Shown here piece by piece: positions 36,924 to 51,143 of a stretch of 64,000 bases of DNA. The notes under the pieces were generated by a model that saw only the letters and a program-made list of their open reading frames with translations, did not search any database and was not told where the DNA came from. Position 1 is the first letter of the stretch. Each line of letters begins with the position of its first letter. The translations under genes were made by a program, and so were the position numbers. The stretch comes from Callorhinchus milii. Taxonomy: Eukaryota. The DNA lies in assembly GCF_018977255.1 (NCBI RefSeq), contig NW_024704743.1:101062001-101126000 (forward strand), in the 5' to 3' direction.

Positions 36924-37596
36924 TATTAATAATAAAAACCTATCTTAATTAAAAACAAACTGACTGACTTTACCACTCCCTGGGGTCAGGTAGGCATGTA
37001 TGGGACTGTATCCCAACAGGAGTGAATAGAGAAAAAAGTGGGGGGGGAGGGGGAGAGTTCAGAACACTTCAGTTTTATTCATCCCTTTTTCAGAATATCA
37101 AAAGCCCAGAATATCTAAACTATAGTCTTGTCTATCTTGAGTAAAAGTGCATTCAATGCACTACCCACTATTGGCCCTGGAACCTTAAACAGGATGCTGT
37201 ACACACTGCTGTAAGGGGTAAACATACAGTGGGCACGTTTCTGCTTGAGAAGTCCATTGCAGGGCACACGCAAGGGGAAGAAGGCATTTACTTGGCTTAC
37301 CTATTCTACATTTGAAATCTACAAATGCATTATATGCCACCACTGTCTTTTTGAAGAAGACCATCTTGAAATAAAATACATTTTACCAGAGTGCTTAATC
37401 TTAACTGCAGGATCACCTCCTTGAGGGGTAATAGCTTTCCTCATCCATTCCTATGGGTAATTAACTATACTGCTTGTCATAATTGTGAATCTATTAATAA
37501 AGAGCTAGCCATAATGCTCATTTGCAGAATATTTTGAAAGATTCTCCCACCGACTGGAATTTTTTGACATTTCTATGTACAATTAAGAAAACTAAT

Positions 37597-37708
37597 TTCG
37601 CCCAAAAAACATACAGTCAATTCACTTTACAGTATATTCTGTGAAGCTTCTTCAAGATGTCTCGAAGATGTGATAAGGCGCTATAACAAATGCAAGGATT
37701 ATTATTAT
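37597..37708 (+). mobile_element. SINE 3' end
   Basis: tttcgcccaaaaaacatacagtcaattcac..gcaaggattattatt. Confidence 0.85.
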
Positions 37709-38719
37709 ATAATTAACCAACTTAATCAAACTACATTGTTCCAATTATAAGGCAACCTCCTCCATCCTCCTTTCCATTTTCATAGTTATATTGGGAGGGA
37801 GTTTAAAACAAAGTTTAAAAAAAAGCAATATAGTCATTATAAAGCAGTCAAAAGTATGTTTTTGACAATTTCAGAACAATGTTATTAGTTATATTAGTTA
37901 TATTAGTAAAGGTGATAAAATTATTCCAAAGTTTCATCACATTGTGTCAGCTCCTCTCTCTTTCTCTCTTCAGCTTTCTTAACTACAATCTTTTCTATGA
38001 TTTTCTCGTTCTGACTCTCTTCTCTCTATCGGCACACTGTTAATTAACACTTACCTTTCTTTCTCTCTCCCCCCTCCTCCTCCATCTCCCACTCATTCAC
38101 TCCCTTGCTAACTGTTCAGAGCCTTCACAATATCAGCTAAAAATATTCATTGGTGGAAGAATTTTGAAATTGCATATGTGATGCTACTCAGGCCCAGACT
38201 GACCCACAGTGTGTGAATACAAGGCAAGTAGCAGTTTTTAAACTATAATTTAGGGAAAAGCCTCCTTATATTCAGAATAATATAGGATATATCCCCGAGT
38301 TGTGTACTCCACTAAAAAAATACAGTCACTACACTTTACAATATCCTGTGACGTGCTTTTGAGACATCCTCCTGATGTGAAAGGTGCTAGATCAGGTGAA
38401 AGGATTATTATTACTGCAGGGTTGTAGGTGATATTTATACACCTATACATGTGATACCGGGAAGTTATCACATACAAACCTTGAAAACTAGTAATCAACT
38501 GAGTTTCTGCATTTGGGACTATTTTGTGCAACAACGTTAACCAGACGTTACTGATCAGAAAACACTCTCAGGAAGCACACATACACTCTGAATTGGATGC
38601 TTTGGTAGTACTCAACAAATGGGCAGATTCTGTAGCTACATTCTTATCAATTGCTGCTTGACAACATTAGTATGATTAGTTGAAGGGTGGCGGGGAGATG
38701 GTGGAAAGAAATAACTTAC

Positions 38720-38805
38720 TGTTTTGAAAGCGCGAGCTGGAGCTGGAGAAGCACCCGTCTCTTCTAAATACTTTTTCCAAGAGAAATTTTCTGGATCAGG
38801 ATATC
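38720..38805 (-). CDS. L3MBTL4: exon G, MBT3 arm (GYPDPENFSWKKYLEETGASPAPARAFKT)
   Basis: tttattttag| ... ACA|gtaagt; 86 nt, phase 1-0. Confidence 0.95.
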
Positions 38806-39583
38806 CTAAAATAAAGATACCTATAAATTAAAATACAATTTGTAACGAGGTACATGTATAAAAAAAAAGGCTACAGAACAGACTGAACTCAAAAGCTCCA
38901 AAATATAGTTGGAAAATTTGTCTCCATTTCAGAAAGAATAAAGGATTTATATATTCAGGCATGTCCTAAAATTATGTGCTGCACCGTGTAATTATCGGTT
39001 TAGAAAATAAAGGTTCTCTTGTTGGGAAATACCAATTGTTATCAATTGGATCGGATCACAAGCACACATTGCCAAAGATTGATAAATTTACCAGCTAGTA
39101 GAGAATCAAGCACAGGTGTTTGGGAAGATTGAAACATTTGCAATCAACTGGAGAATCATCGCTAAAATATTCCTAACATAATATAGATAAGTACCATCTT
39201 TCTAGCTACAGTAATCTCTTGAAATATATAATTGGGTTTCCATTTTGAGCAGATGAAGTGATTCCAGCAGTGTTTTCTGGTACTGAAGTTTTTTTTGTCA
39301 ATCTTACAAAGGATTCCGCAGTATACTTTTCTATGATGCAAAATTGCTTGTTCTTCACTTGGGTCATACATAATTTAACACACTTCAAGATACGAGGTGA
39401 TAAAATAGTTTGTATTCTTTGTACTACAATATGACACCACTTTTATCTTCAAATGGCCTTGTAAAGCCACTATGTCAAACAAACAGACTGCAATGAGAAG
39501 AAATCCAATTTAAAAATCAATTTCACTTCCTTTAGTAGTAGTATAGTCCCCCTACGAAAATCCTAGTAGAAATCCCTTTAGAG

Positions 39584-39918
39584 ATAATAATAATTGTTGC
39601 ATTTGATATAGTGCCTTATCAAGTCTTTGAGACGTCTCAAAGTGCTTCACAGAATATACTGTAAAGTGAATTGACTGTATGTTTTGTGGGCGAAATGTGG
39701 TAGCCAATTAAGCACACAATGAGATGGGAATGTCTCTCAGTGTCTGGCCAGCCAAGAAATCACAAAGAAATGTATTGACTCATTTCATGGCTGTTTGTGG
39801 GAATCGGCTGTGCATAAGTGGTAGTCGCATTCGCTACAAATACACTTCACTTCACAGTAAATCCTATGAAGTGCTTTGGGATGTTTTCCAGACGTGAAAG
39901 GTGCAAGGATTATTATTA
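39584..39918. mobile_element. two SINE 3' halves head to head (- 39584-39716; + ~39725-39918)
   Basis: Family tails at both outer ends. Confidence 0.75.
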
Positions 39919-42806
39919 ATAGATAAACGGAGTTAATCTAAAGTTCTGGAACAGTATCAAGGTTCAGATGATAATTTTAAATAATTTAAGATTTACCCTT
40001 GTGGTTCATAGCATAAATGAAACCTCATTGGGATTATTCAATTGTAATTCATTTAAACCTACCTTTTATCCTCTGTGTTAACTATCGGGTACTTAATATA
40101 GAAAATCCTTCACTACTTAATTCCTCAATTTTGCTGTTAATGCAATTACAGCTGTGTAAAAATATACTTTAGACACCTTTCATTGGACACAGTGAGGTGA
40201 AAAATTTGACTTTTCTTTACAAATTCTGTGCGCTATCGAAAGTATTATTGAATTCACACAAAGGCATTGCAATTTATAATCTATTGCTAAAGCCCAGCAG
40301 TGAATGTAAAACATTCCATTTTAAAAAAAGTCAAACCAAGTAATGGATTAGCTACTACTTCAAGATACACCAGATGGTAATTTTCCATCTGTTCCCCTTG
40401 CATCTAGTCAAAGAAGATCTTCAGTTTGATTCAAGGCAGATTCAGTGCACTGGTGGAAATGATAGTTAGGAAATTATAAAAATATCAATTTATGTATTGA
40501 TGCTTTTACTTCTTGCCCAGTGAAAGAGAGATAGAAGGGGAGAGATAGAAGCAGTTCACAACATTCATATATTCCTGCTTTGTGATTTTTGAACCAAAGG
40601 ACTAAATGGATACATTTGGTTTCTATGCTTTGATAAGCATTAAGAAATGAAATGGGATATTATCAGGTTGATTGCAAATGGTAACCACCACAAAGCAGAT
40701 AGCCAAACATCCGAGTTAATCCAGAATTCAGATACATTATCACTTGAGGCAGAATTTTCTTACAGCTAATTTAAGTAATGAAACTACCTTTAGATCCAGC
40801 AGAGGGCATTTAATAGTGCTAACATCATTTGTAAACTATTATTTAAGTGTGCAATGTACAAACATGCTTTGTGTAAATCATTAATGCAAACCCATCACTC
40901 CACCATTTTGTTTAGTGTTAAGAGACTTACATTAATGGCTTTCTATTAAATAATTGAAATAGAAATGAACTGTGAATAAATATTTGCCTAATACATAGAA
41001 TATTTTCAATTAGGTACTAAATAGTCTTCTATTCTGTCAAATCATGTTGTAAGTAGCTAACCCAATACTCATACGTTTCATAGTACATGGCGTTTTGAGT
41101 GCTATTTATATCATTTTAACGTTTAAGAGTTCTTGTTGGTAAGGCACCAATTCTCAGAGTTCATCTTTACTGTAATAGCCTGCTGTTTCGGTCACTGCAT
41201 TTTATGCCCCAAATCTACTATGCACAGTAACTGCATGTTAAGAATCATGATTTGCTTATTAGACTGAAACATGGTGCACAGTAAGTTCTGTTAATGCTAC
41301 TAATAATTCCTCTGTTGAGCTTTCTCAGTCTCTGAACATACAGCAGAACTTTATTTATCTACCATAACTGATTCTTCTCTCCCCCACTCATGAGGATGTT
41401 TTATGATGTTTGGTTTTTCAGGACCTTACCAAGTGACTTTGGTGATGTACAGCATCTCTGAGAACTCAGTGAATAATTGGAATCTCAGTAAATAATTAGA
41501 ACTGTCACACAAGAGGATCCAATGTATAGACGCAAGTATTTTAGATTGAAATTGCTTGTATCTTCATACTATCCACATTATATAAATTCATAGAAAACGG
41601 TAGTTGCATGAGCCCAAAAGACATGGAGTTCTGCTGAGCTACCCAGGCTTCAACATCAACAGCACCACAACAGGCTACACTACTCCTGGTGTCAGGTAGG
41701 CATTTATGGTACTGTCAACCATTTTCTTGCACCTGCTACATAGCCCTGAGACCTTGCTCCACACAATTACTTTGGGTTTTCCAAATCCAGCACTAAATTC
41801 TCCAGCAGAGAAAAGTTATATCAAACAAACAATTGTTACAGACTACAATGTTCTCAGAAACACTGCATTTCACCAAAATGGCTTGGCAAGCTCCCAAACA
41901 ACCAAACATCATAAAACACCCTCTTCATGTAAAAGCTACTCGCATAAAGTTACAGAATACACAGAGGAACTGACCTGTGATAACAAGCTCTGTATGACTC
42001 AAACATTTGAATGAACCAAGATTTGAAACTTGAGATTGACATATCAAGCAAGGTGCAGGTTTATAAAACCAAGCTCGAGAGGAATTCAATCAGGCCTCTG
42101 GGATGGGAAGATCTGACTCATGAAAGATCTCTACTTTTTAATTCTTTACTTGACACGTCTCACATCAAGTATTTTATTGCGGTTCATTTTTCGGTTTCTA
42201 CTTTATTTTAGACAACCTTTGGGGGTCTAATTTGCTTGTTAATCTAACCATTTGCACAGAGAGAATTGTTGGTGCTCTTAGTTTATGTAATTAACAGCCA
42301 CTTAAAAGGATTTATTATCAAGTTAAGAACCAGTTCTTTTCATTGTTTAATTATATATTTAAGAGCACCTATAATTCCCTCTGTACACTTAAAATTGCAA
42401 ATACTGAGCAGAAAAAGCAAACTAGTGCAGAAACAGAAGCAAGTCACCACACACTATCTGGCACTTATCTCAGGGAGATAAACTGAGAATGTTTCAATGT
42501 GAACTGAATTGAAATTGGAATTGAGGTACAGATCAGCCATGATCTTATAGAATAGCAGAACAGGCTTGAGAGGCCAATTTCCATGCAGCAAAGCATACCT
42601 GTACACCAACAGCAACAACTTGCATTTATACAATGCCATTCATGAAAGATACGTCTTGGAGCGCTGTACTGAGTCTGGAGACCAAGCAAGGGAAAGGGGA
42701 GAAGTGGCACAGATGTGTTTGAAGAGCTCAGATTTGAGGCAAGACTAAGTGGTAGATGGAAGAAATTCCAGAGGTTATGGTACCGTTACCCTAATATGAT
42801 GCCCTC

Positions 42807-43161
42807 GGAGTCCCTTAGCGTAGTGTTTAGTGAGCGAGCATCACAAGCGAGGATCTGGGTTTGATTACTGGGCAGTGCGAAACCTTAGGCAAGTTTTCTT
42901 ACTCCACACACTTCTGTTTACCTAACATTAAGTAGGAATCCAGTTATTAGTCGAATGGTAGATAGCTGTCTGGTGGCAATAATCCCTTCCCCTAAAAATA
43001 TGGTCACTCAATCCACGACTATTTGTGGGACAATGCTGTATACAAACTGCGTTTAGCCCACAAAATACACAGTCAATCCACTTTACAATATATTCTGTGA
43101 AGCGCTTTGAGACGTCTCAATGATGTGATAAGGCACTATATCAAATGCAAGGATTATTATA
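42807..43161 (+). mobile_element. tRNA-SINE long subfamily, full length
   Basis: ggagtcccttagcgtagtgtttag head through gcaaggattattat; colinear with 23407-23780. Confidence 0.85.
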
Positions 43162-44810
43162 TATACTGTTGCAACTAATTTTTCAGGCCACACATGCAAC
43201 AATACTCCCTTGCCCCCCAGTAGTGCACATATTTGGAAAGCAAATCATATTCAGCAAGTGTGAACATATTTCTACAATTTCATGTTTTCATGTGTTTCAT
43301 GATCTAATATTTTAATTTTATAAAATCTAAATTTGGCCAGAGGAATTTTGTACTCAGAAAAAAAGCTCCCACGCATTGTTATTAACACAACTGGCTGTTA
43401 AAATGAAAATGGGATGAAAAAAATGTGACATTCAATGTGATAACCAGACATAATACTCTTAATTTCAGTGCCAGGTCCTGTTAATACCATCTTGGCACAA
43501 CCAAAGATTTAAAAATTTTAGTTCATATTAACATTTGTATTTTTAAAAAATCTCTTGTGTTTCAGAAATACTTTTTGAATTTATAACTTGTTGTAAAAAA
43601 ATCTCCAAATCTATTGGGAAATTTGTCCAAATCCTGCTTTGTCTCATGATGATTTTTCCATGATTTTTCCAAATCATTATAAGCTCACACAAACCTCAAT
43701 CTCTGACACTAAGAATTTTTGGGGGGCTGGTGCTAGTGGTCGGCCATCGATAAGACTAAATTTACATCAACAATATGTTTTATTCTATTTAAATTGCTAA
43801 CGCAGTAGGAATTGGGCCACAGTAACACAAATTAGGTTTCCACCTGAATTTTCTATTAGGTTCATCAATAATTTAGTCAAATGGATTCTTTTTTCTTCCT
43901 CTGCTTATTCTGCAGTACAATTATATTACATATTAAAAGGTTCCTGTCAAACAAATTATGGTCTCATCAGATACAGTGCAACATAAGGAAGAGTAAGTGA
44001 GAAAGCATATTTTTAGAGCAGGGCTGCAATGCTCCTTTGTACAAAAGCATTGAAAATTAAATGTTTAACATATCAATCAAGTTATCAAAGGCCGTATATA
44101 GAGGTATCTCTCGAACAGCTTACAGACCACTTTCCGTTGAAATACCTAGGCTGAACACTGAAATGCCTAGTTACAGTATTAAGTCAAAATGATAAAATCT
44201 ATGTCACACTCTTACCTTAAAATCAGAAATGTTATGTCTTAGCAACAGAACAACATTCGGACCATGATATAGTTTGCATTTAGGCAATTTTAGAGTTAAG
44301 GTTATTGTACAGAAGTAGCTACTCAGATTAGGTTATTTAAACGATAGATCTTTTCTTACAGTGGTTGATTCCATTGATTACAAGTTCTTCCTATGATCGC
44401 ATCCTCTGTCCTAGCCAGGCTGATACTCCACTGCAGTGCTGGGGTGCAGATATTACAGTGAACCCTCCTGGAAAATGAGTTTGTAGCCATTTATTTGGCC
44501 AGGATGCAACCCAAACTCAAATACCCTGCTGCTATTTACTTTCAACACTCGCACTCGAAAAATAGACACTGGAGTGGAATACTGCCAGCACCTACAGAAC
44601 TACACCACAGCACACTCAGCAACTTCAAAAAAGTGAGGAACGTTCGGAGAAGAATAGACAAAAGGTTGGTGATGGAGGTAAGTGATTGTAAACTGGATAA
44701 GAAGTATATTAAAAAATGAACATTATGAAGTGAGACTACTTAATTAATTTACCTTCACCTTCCATAGCTCTAAGACCCTGCGTGAAGGCTATTGTAAAAG
44801 CAAGTTGTAC

Positions 44811-44924
44811 TACAATATTCTCTCTTCCCCATATACACTTGTACAATGTCCTCTCCCCCATATTCACATTATAAAATATCCTCTCCTCACCAAAATACAC
44901 TTTGTATAATCTCCTCTCTCCCCC
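44811..44924. repeat. imperfect ~30-bp minisatellite, about 4 units
   Basis: tacaatattctctcttccccatatacacttg / tacaatgtcctctcccccatattcacatta / taaaatatcctctcctcaccaaaatacactttg / tataatctcctctctcccc. Confidence 0.6.
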
Positions 44925-45920
44925 TTACTATACAACACAATGTCCACATAATGTTCTGTGTAGACTGCTGACTATCAGAATATATCAAAGTTAAACTTGT
45001 TTTGCTCGCCTCACAACATCCCATGAACCTTTTTCTTATCTTTAGGGTCCAATAAATGGAACTGACATTTAATTAAATGTAACAGGAATTCTGCTGGTGT
45101 TGTAGGAAATCTGATATGTTGGAGTTAATGCTCTGTAATTTTTGGAAGGTTGAAATCCTTGTTGGAATGCAAACAAAATGTGTCTGATTCAATTAGGTTA
45201 GCTAGGAGACCTGGGATCAAGCAACTTGACTAGGATTTCAATAATACTTTTAGGTTAAAAGTAACAACAATCAAGTGCGTGTAGTGGCTGGTAGTTTGAG
45301 CCTAATCTCAACAGAATGCCGATTCCTTAGTGGCCAAAAAAACCCACACAGAGCAGAGGATCAGTTGATTTTAATGTTGATCTCATTCCTTGTCAAAACC
45401 AGTGCTGTTGTACAAGTTTTCAAAGCAAGCCTTTCGCCTTTGTCTGAACACTTGAGATTTTGCAAACGAGAAAAATACCCTTATTTGTGTGTGATGAAGC
45501 ACATCACCCGTACATGGATGTTCAATCTTGACACACGTGCAGTCTCCATGGTATAATATAAATGTACTCTATAAACCTCCTGCTCATGTATAAAGCAAGC
45601 ATCTCTTCCTTAGGGGACAAGCACAACTAATGCTTTCTTTCAATCATTTTGGCAAGCATAAGGTAGTAATGAGATTTTCATACACATAAGCCTCAAGGAA
45701 TTGTGAATTTTCTACCACAATGATATATTAATGTTCTTAAAATTAGTCTGCTTTTATTAGGTTAATGACCCTTCAGTCAGAGACATGCTGGTTAAAGGCT
45801 GTTTGTTTGAACATATTTTTAAACAAGGAAATCATTAAGCTCACAGGAAAACTGTAAGTCAGTTATAATATGTTCATTCTTTTGTGTGTGATATTACTTG
45901 TTCAAATTTGTGCTCTTCAA

Positions 45921-46200
45921 GGTGTCAGCCTACCTCAGTTGGTAGAACTCTCATCGCTGAGTCAAAAGCTTGTGGATTCGAACTCCACATAAGGACTTTG
46001 AACTCACAGTCTAGGCTGACTCCACAATAGTGCTGGGGAACGCTACACTGTTGGAGATGCTGTCCTTTGGACGAGATATTAAATCAAAGTCCTGTCTGCC
46101 TGTTCATGTGGCCATTAAGGATCCCATGGCGCTACTTGAAAAGAGAAGAGAGTTTCTCTGGGTGTCCAGGCCAATCAACTCTCAGATAAAAATTGGTCAT
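45921..46200 (+). mobile_element. Deu-domain SINE, 5' two-thirds
   Basis: ggtgtcagcctacctcagttggtag..ggattcgaactcc head; ggatcccatggcgctact. Confidence 0.8.
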
Positions 46201-48080
46201 TCACTCCTAATCCTAAATTAGAATTCTAAATAAAGTTGATGTACAGATTAGGCAGTTCAAACTTGCCTCTGAAAGGAAATGGATGGGAAGAAACACGATG
46301 TGATATGGAGGGGGGTAGAGACATGCAGAAAACAAAATAAAGTTTTTATTTATGTTTAAATAAACATGCAGAAAACAAAATAAACTTGACTCATGTGGAG
46401 TATAAACACTGACATGAACTGGTGGGGTCAAATTATTTGTTCCCATACGATACATTCTTTGTTATTCTTTGTAAAGCGCCCCGATGTTATGGTCAGCCTC
46501 AACAGCAGAAACAGTGTACTGTATTAGATCAGCAAATCTAGTTCTCAACCAAGCCATTCTGCTGCTGTTTGTGCTGGAGGCTAATTACTGCTGAATCGTC
46601 AATAATGTTTGCAGCAAACACTGGGAACAGTGACGAAACTGCCAAAATCCATGTCATTTTAAAGTTGATTAGGTATACATGAGTTTATTAACTAATAATC
46701 ATAATAAAATAATAACTGCAACAACCCATTTTATGGGCATAGAATTCTAATGACAAGCATGAATCCTTATTATTTTTCTGGCTTAAATATAAATAGATTT
46801 TCTGCTGCAGCTTAAATAAAAATAAATTGAAGAAGATCAAAAGAGAAAGGATTTTTTTGCATCAAGTTAAAGGAAGTAATTTTAGAATGGCATTTGTAGA
46901 AGGATTCAGAATTTATAGTTGCATCATTAATTTAATTGGAAATGGGAGCAATAGTTAGAATTTTCTTTGCTGTGAAATTGGTTGTGGAAAGCATACTTGT
47001 GAAAAGATGTAGACAGATCATTACACTCAAAAAAGGCCAAGTTTCAAAAGTTTCAAATATCAGGCACATGCAAAAGTGTTTCCTTGGGGCTGAGCTAGCT
47101 CCAAGATGTTGTATTTAGCATAGAATCCTCTGTATCAGTCTCAGTTGTTTGGTTCCTGAGGCAGGCAGATCCCCAATAATCCAAGGTACTAGCCAGATTG
47201 ATTTATAAAAAGGATTTTGAGGGCAGGCAAGTCACTGAAGGGCTGAGATTGTCCCCACTCTGCTTTTCTTAACCCTGTAAGCCAAAGCATTAATGGGTAG
47301 GGAAAAGGCTGGAAAAGCAATGAGAAGTGTTTGCAACAGAAAGCTACACAGTCTAAGATGATTACACTCCAGCAGTTCTCCAATGCAAACTCTGGGATCC
47401 CCAAGCCTTGCCTTGTGACAACCTGTGTCTAATTCTTTATTGGATTAGATTAGCAGTGTGTGTCCCTCAAGGTGGTGATGGGTTTCCGCATGTACATGAC
47501 CCAGCTCACCTTCCCTTACAAAAAAAATCCATTGTACTTTAGACAATGATTTGGCATAGAGCTGGTCTGTGACCTGCGGTGGCCAATTACGGCTCAGTCA
47601 TCTTCCTTAAAGGTGGTAACTAAATTGCTCAAATTCAGAACCTTTCCATGGTTGATCAACTCCCTCAAAATGTCTGTTGTTGTTTCAAAAATCTTCTCCC
47701 TTGCTTCTTTAAGTTCTCTTGGGTACAGTGCACCTAACTTGGGTGGGTGGTGGGAGGCTGGAGGGTGACTTATTGGATTTCAATCCCTTGAGCCTATCAA
47801 TAACCTTTGTCTGGGACACAATGTCCTAACACTCACGATATGTATTGGAGTTATATGGAATGTTTTGAGGAAGAATCCCATTCTGAATGAATATTATCCA
47901 TCCTCCACTTCACTGCTGTACCTACCTTTACTGGGCATTTAAGTCAGGGGTGCTGCAGGAATACAGGCATGAGTAAAATAAAAGATAACAAGGATTTGGA
48001 AGAGAAGCATCTTCCAGCCCCAGGATTAAACTGGTTCTAGAAAACCATACAGATGTGTGAACCATGATCGACTCACCCAC

Positions 48081-48157
48081 CTTGAGGAGCAGTAAGTGGT
48101 TTGTTCTGTTCCTGACACCAACCCACCGGATGGATGGACGGACTGCCAGCATCACAC
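48081..48157 (-). CDS. L3MBTL4: exon F (CDAGSPSIHPVGWCQEQNKPLTAPQ)
   Basis: tgtttggcag| ... CAAG|gtgggt; 77 nt, phase 2-1; IHPVGWC motif. This frame is not in the ORF track; found by reading. Confidence 0.93.
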
Positions 48158-50217
48158 CTGCCAAACAGGTAATACATCACATCAATAAATGAAAACACAA
48201 ACAATCTATTTGATATAGAGAATCTATAAAACGATGCAACTGCCATGAATATAGTACCACTTATTTTGTTGCACTATCTACTGTAGTTACACGTTTTCTC
48301 ACTTTAAAGAATTTCAACTTCCTTATGTAAATAATATCCAATGTCATTTGTTCAGTGTCTCCGAGAGACATTGCTCGTTAAGAAAATAAGAGCTATTTTG
48401 GACAGAAAATCTTTACCCAAGCATTTTACATATGCCTTAGCTCTAAATTGTACCCTAAGGAGTGAAATTCCACGAACCCTATAGAAATATCATTTATTAT
48501 TGTTGGTCACTGAAACATTAACCTTCAACAAGAATCCTATTATAAGTACACACCGCCAGGGTTGGTGGCAAAACCACCAGAAATATGTTCTGTGAATGAG
48601 GAAGCAGGCAGACCTTTTCTTTTTAAAACGGAAAGGTAGACTGCTTAGTAATCACGAGGTTAAGTTAGAGAATTCAGAGAGCAGGTGGTTTGTAGATGAA
48701 GGGAAACTTCTATCAAATAATGCAAATGTTTGTAGCTATGGTGATTAATCCAAAATTCTTCATTTGTTGGACAATAAAGAAAAAGGATTGGACAAAATTA
48801 TCACAGAAAAACCTTGGGAGACTGAAGACCTAAATTTTAAGGGCAGATTGAACCACTGTAGGACAGAACACTTAGGAGTTTGAGTTACTTGATGATAGAG
48901 AATTTACTTCCATTCAGTGAATTCATCAACAAGACATTGCTTAATGATTTCTGGAACTTTTTGGCAAGCACAGTAAAAGTGGGTCAATAACTTTCTGATT
49001 TGTGGCCAAGCTGGGTTGGGCGTTTATTAGTGTGGAGCCAGGACCAGTTAGTACCAAAGCAAGGTCTTTGAGCAATGTACCAAACAATGCTGCTCTGAGA
49101 GCTGAGGCAATGTCGATACAACATAATACTAGGAGGAACATTGATGAGCTTTGTTTCTTGGATCACTTTTAGATGTACCAGATTTTCAGCATTTGGTTAA
49201 AAGAATATTTACATAATGCATGCAACAAAGATCCCTTTCAAATTACATTCCACCTTTTAGATGAGATGTTAAAACAATGTTCCGTCTGCTTATTCAGGTG
49301 GATGGTAAAGATTTCATGGCACTTCAACAATAACAAATTGCATTTAGACAGTGGTTTCACGTCAAGAGGATGTCCGACAGTTAAGGTTTGCACGCAAGCT
49401 GGGGTTTGGATTCGGGGGGGAAATCCAACCCCCAGCAAACCTCTAGATTATTGTCATTAATTTTATTGTTCCAAGCTGCTACCATGTTTGTGTACAGAAA
49501 AAAAAGCCTGTACACTTGAGAGATGTTTAGATACTGTAAGTTTGCTATAAAAAGTGTTTTTTTATTCAGTTCTTTATTGAAAAATATTCATTTTCTCCTC
49601 TTTAAATTCAATCCACTTTGCAAAACATTGCCCAGGCCAGCAATCACACCTGCTCCCACATTTAAGATGGAGAACAGATCACCCTCTTGCTCTCTCAGGC
49701 ATATTTTGGTGCTTGGCACTGGGGCCTGAATAAGTGGAAAGATGTATAAACTTAAAATCGAGAAGTACGTACCCTCAGCAAAAATGAATAGATAAATAAA
49801 AGATAGTTATAAACCCTGGAATAGTAGGAACACAGCAGTCTCTTGAAGGTGCCAGACATGACTCACCGGGTGAAAACAATTACTGGTATGCTCACAACAC
49901 AAAGGAGCAACTGAGATTTGTCAACTGAATCAAGTGATTTCCGATATATTTTTTCTTTCAGGTTGAACTTCAGTTTGCAACATGGCTCCAAATTAACTTC
50001 AGAGCATAAAATTAATGAAAGACTGTGTAATGTGGTTAATAATAGGAGAATATTTCTCCAAGGAACAGAGAGGACTGAACATGGTGTTAGTTTAATTCCT
50101 TAGTACTCTTAATTTTATGTAATACTATTTTTGAACATGCCATGAAAAATGTACTTGTACAATGTGGGCCACAAAGGAATTCAATGTGAAGAATGATTGC
50201 GGAGAATCGTTTCTCAC

Positions 50218-50369
50218 CAGTAATCGTATGTGTCGTCCCAGTTATCAAAATGCACCAAAAAGCGATTTTCTATCATGTCGGTCACTGTAGCAACACAGAT
50301 GAGTGAAGGATTCTTTCTGTCAACAGCCTCCAACTTCATACCAACTCGAAATCCTGAAGGAGTAACAGT
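50218..50369 (-). CDS. L3MBTL4: exon E, MBT2 core with methyl-lysine pocket (TVTPSGFRVGMKLEAVDRKNPSLICVATVTDMIENRFLVHFDNWDDTYDYW)
   Basis: tctctttcag| ... TG|gtgaga; 152 nt, phase 0-2; pocket Asp (AVD) and Phe/Trp/Tyr cage residues (HFDNWDDTY) present. Confidence 0.96.
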
Positions 50370-50763
50370 CTGAAAGAGACAGATATTGGTGTACATTACA
50401 CCCAACGAAAAGTCACAAAACCTAAAAAATGAAAAATTTATTTCATAAAACTCGACATCTGAAGATGGAAATATGCGAGATTAAAATTCAAGGCTGTGGG
50501 TCTTGTTTGTTACCAGTGTAAAACTGTGTGCCAGTGGAACTCCACGGTCCATAAATTGAGCTACCACAATAACATCAGAGCCCTGCTCCCCACATCACCT
50601 GCAGAAAGAAGTTTAAGTTGCAGTGCAATAAAGAGCCAAATTAAGAATGTGAAGCTCACCAAAATGAGCTGTTACTTTTAAGACCTGAATTTGTTGTACA
50701 GCAAGAAATATAAACCAAGCTTCCTCTCCTGTGCTTATACTGTTGGACGGAGTTTCATTACAC

Positions 50764-51143
50764 AATCCTTGCATTTGATATAGTGCCTTACTATGTCATT
50801 GAAACATCTCAAAACTATTTCACAGGATTTACCGGAAAGTGAATGTGTATTTGTATGTGAATGTCCCATAAACAGCCATGAAGTGAATGACCAATTTTAC
50901 CTGGAGGATTATTGGTTTGGACACCAGGAGAAACTCCCACTCTTTTCAAACAGGAACTTTAATGTCCACCCGAACAGGCAGACGTGACCTCAGTTTAATA
51001 TCTCACCCAACAATGAGACATAAATACAGCACCTCCAACAACACAGTGCTCCCCCAGCACTGCTTTATGCGTCAGTCTTGACTATTAGTTCCAAGTCCTG
51101 ACTTAAGAGGTGAGAGTGGTACCAACCGAGCTAAGTGACACCT
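50764..51143 (-). mobile_element. Deu-domain SINE
   Basis: aatccttgcatttgatatag tail; antisense head ccaaccgagctaagtgacacc. Confidence 0.75.
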
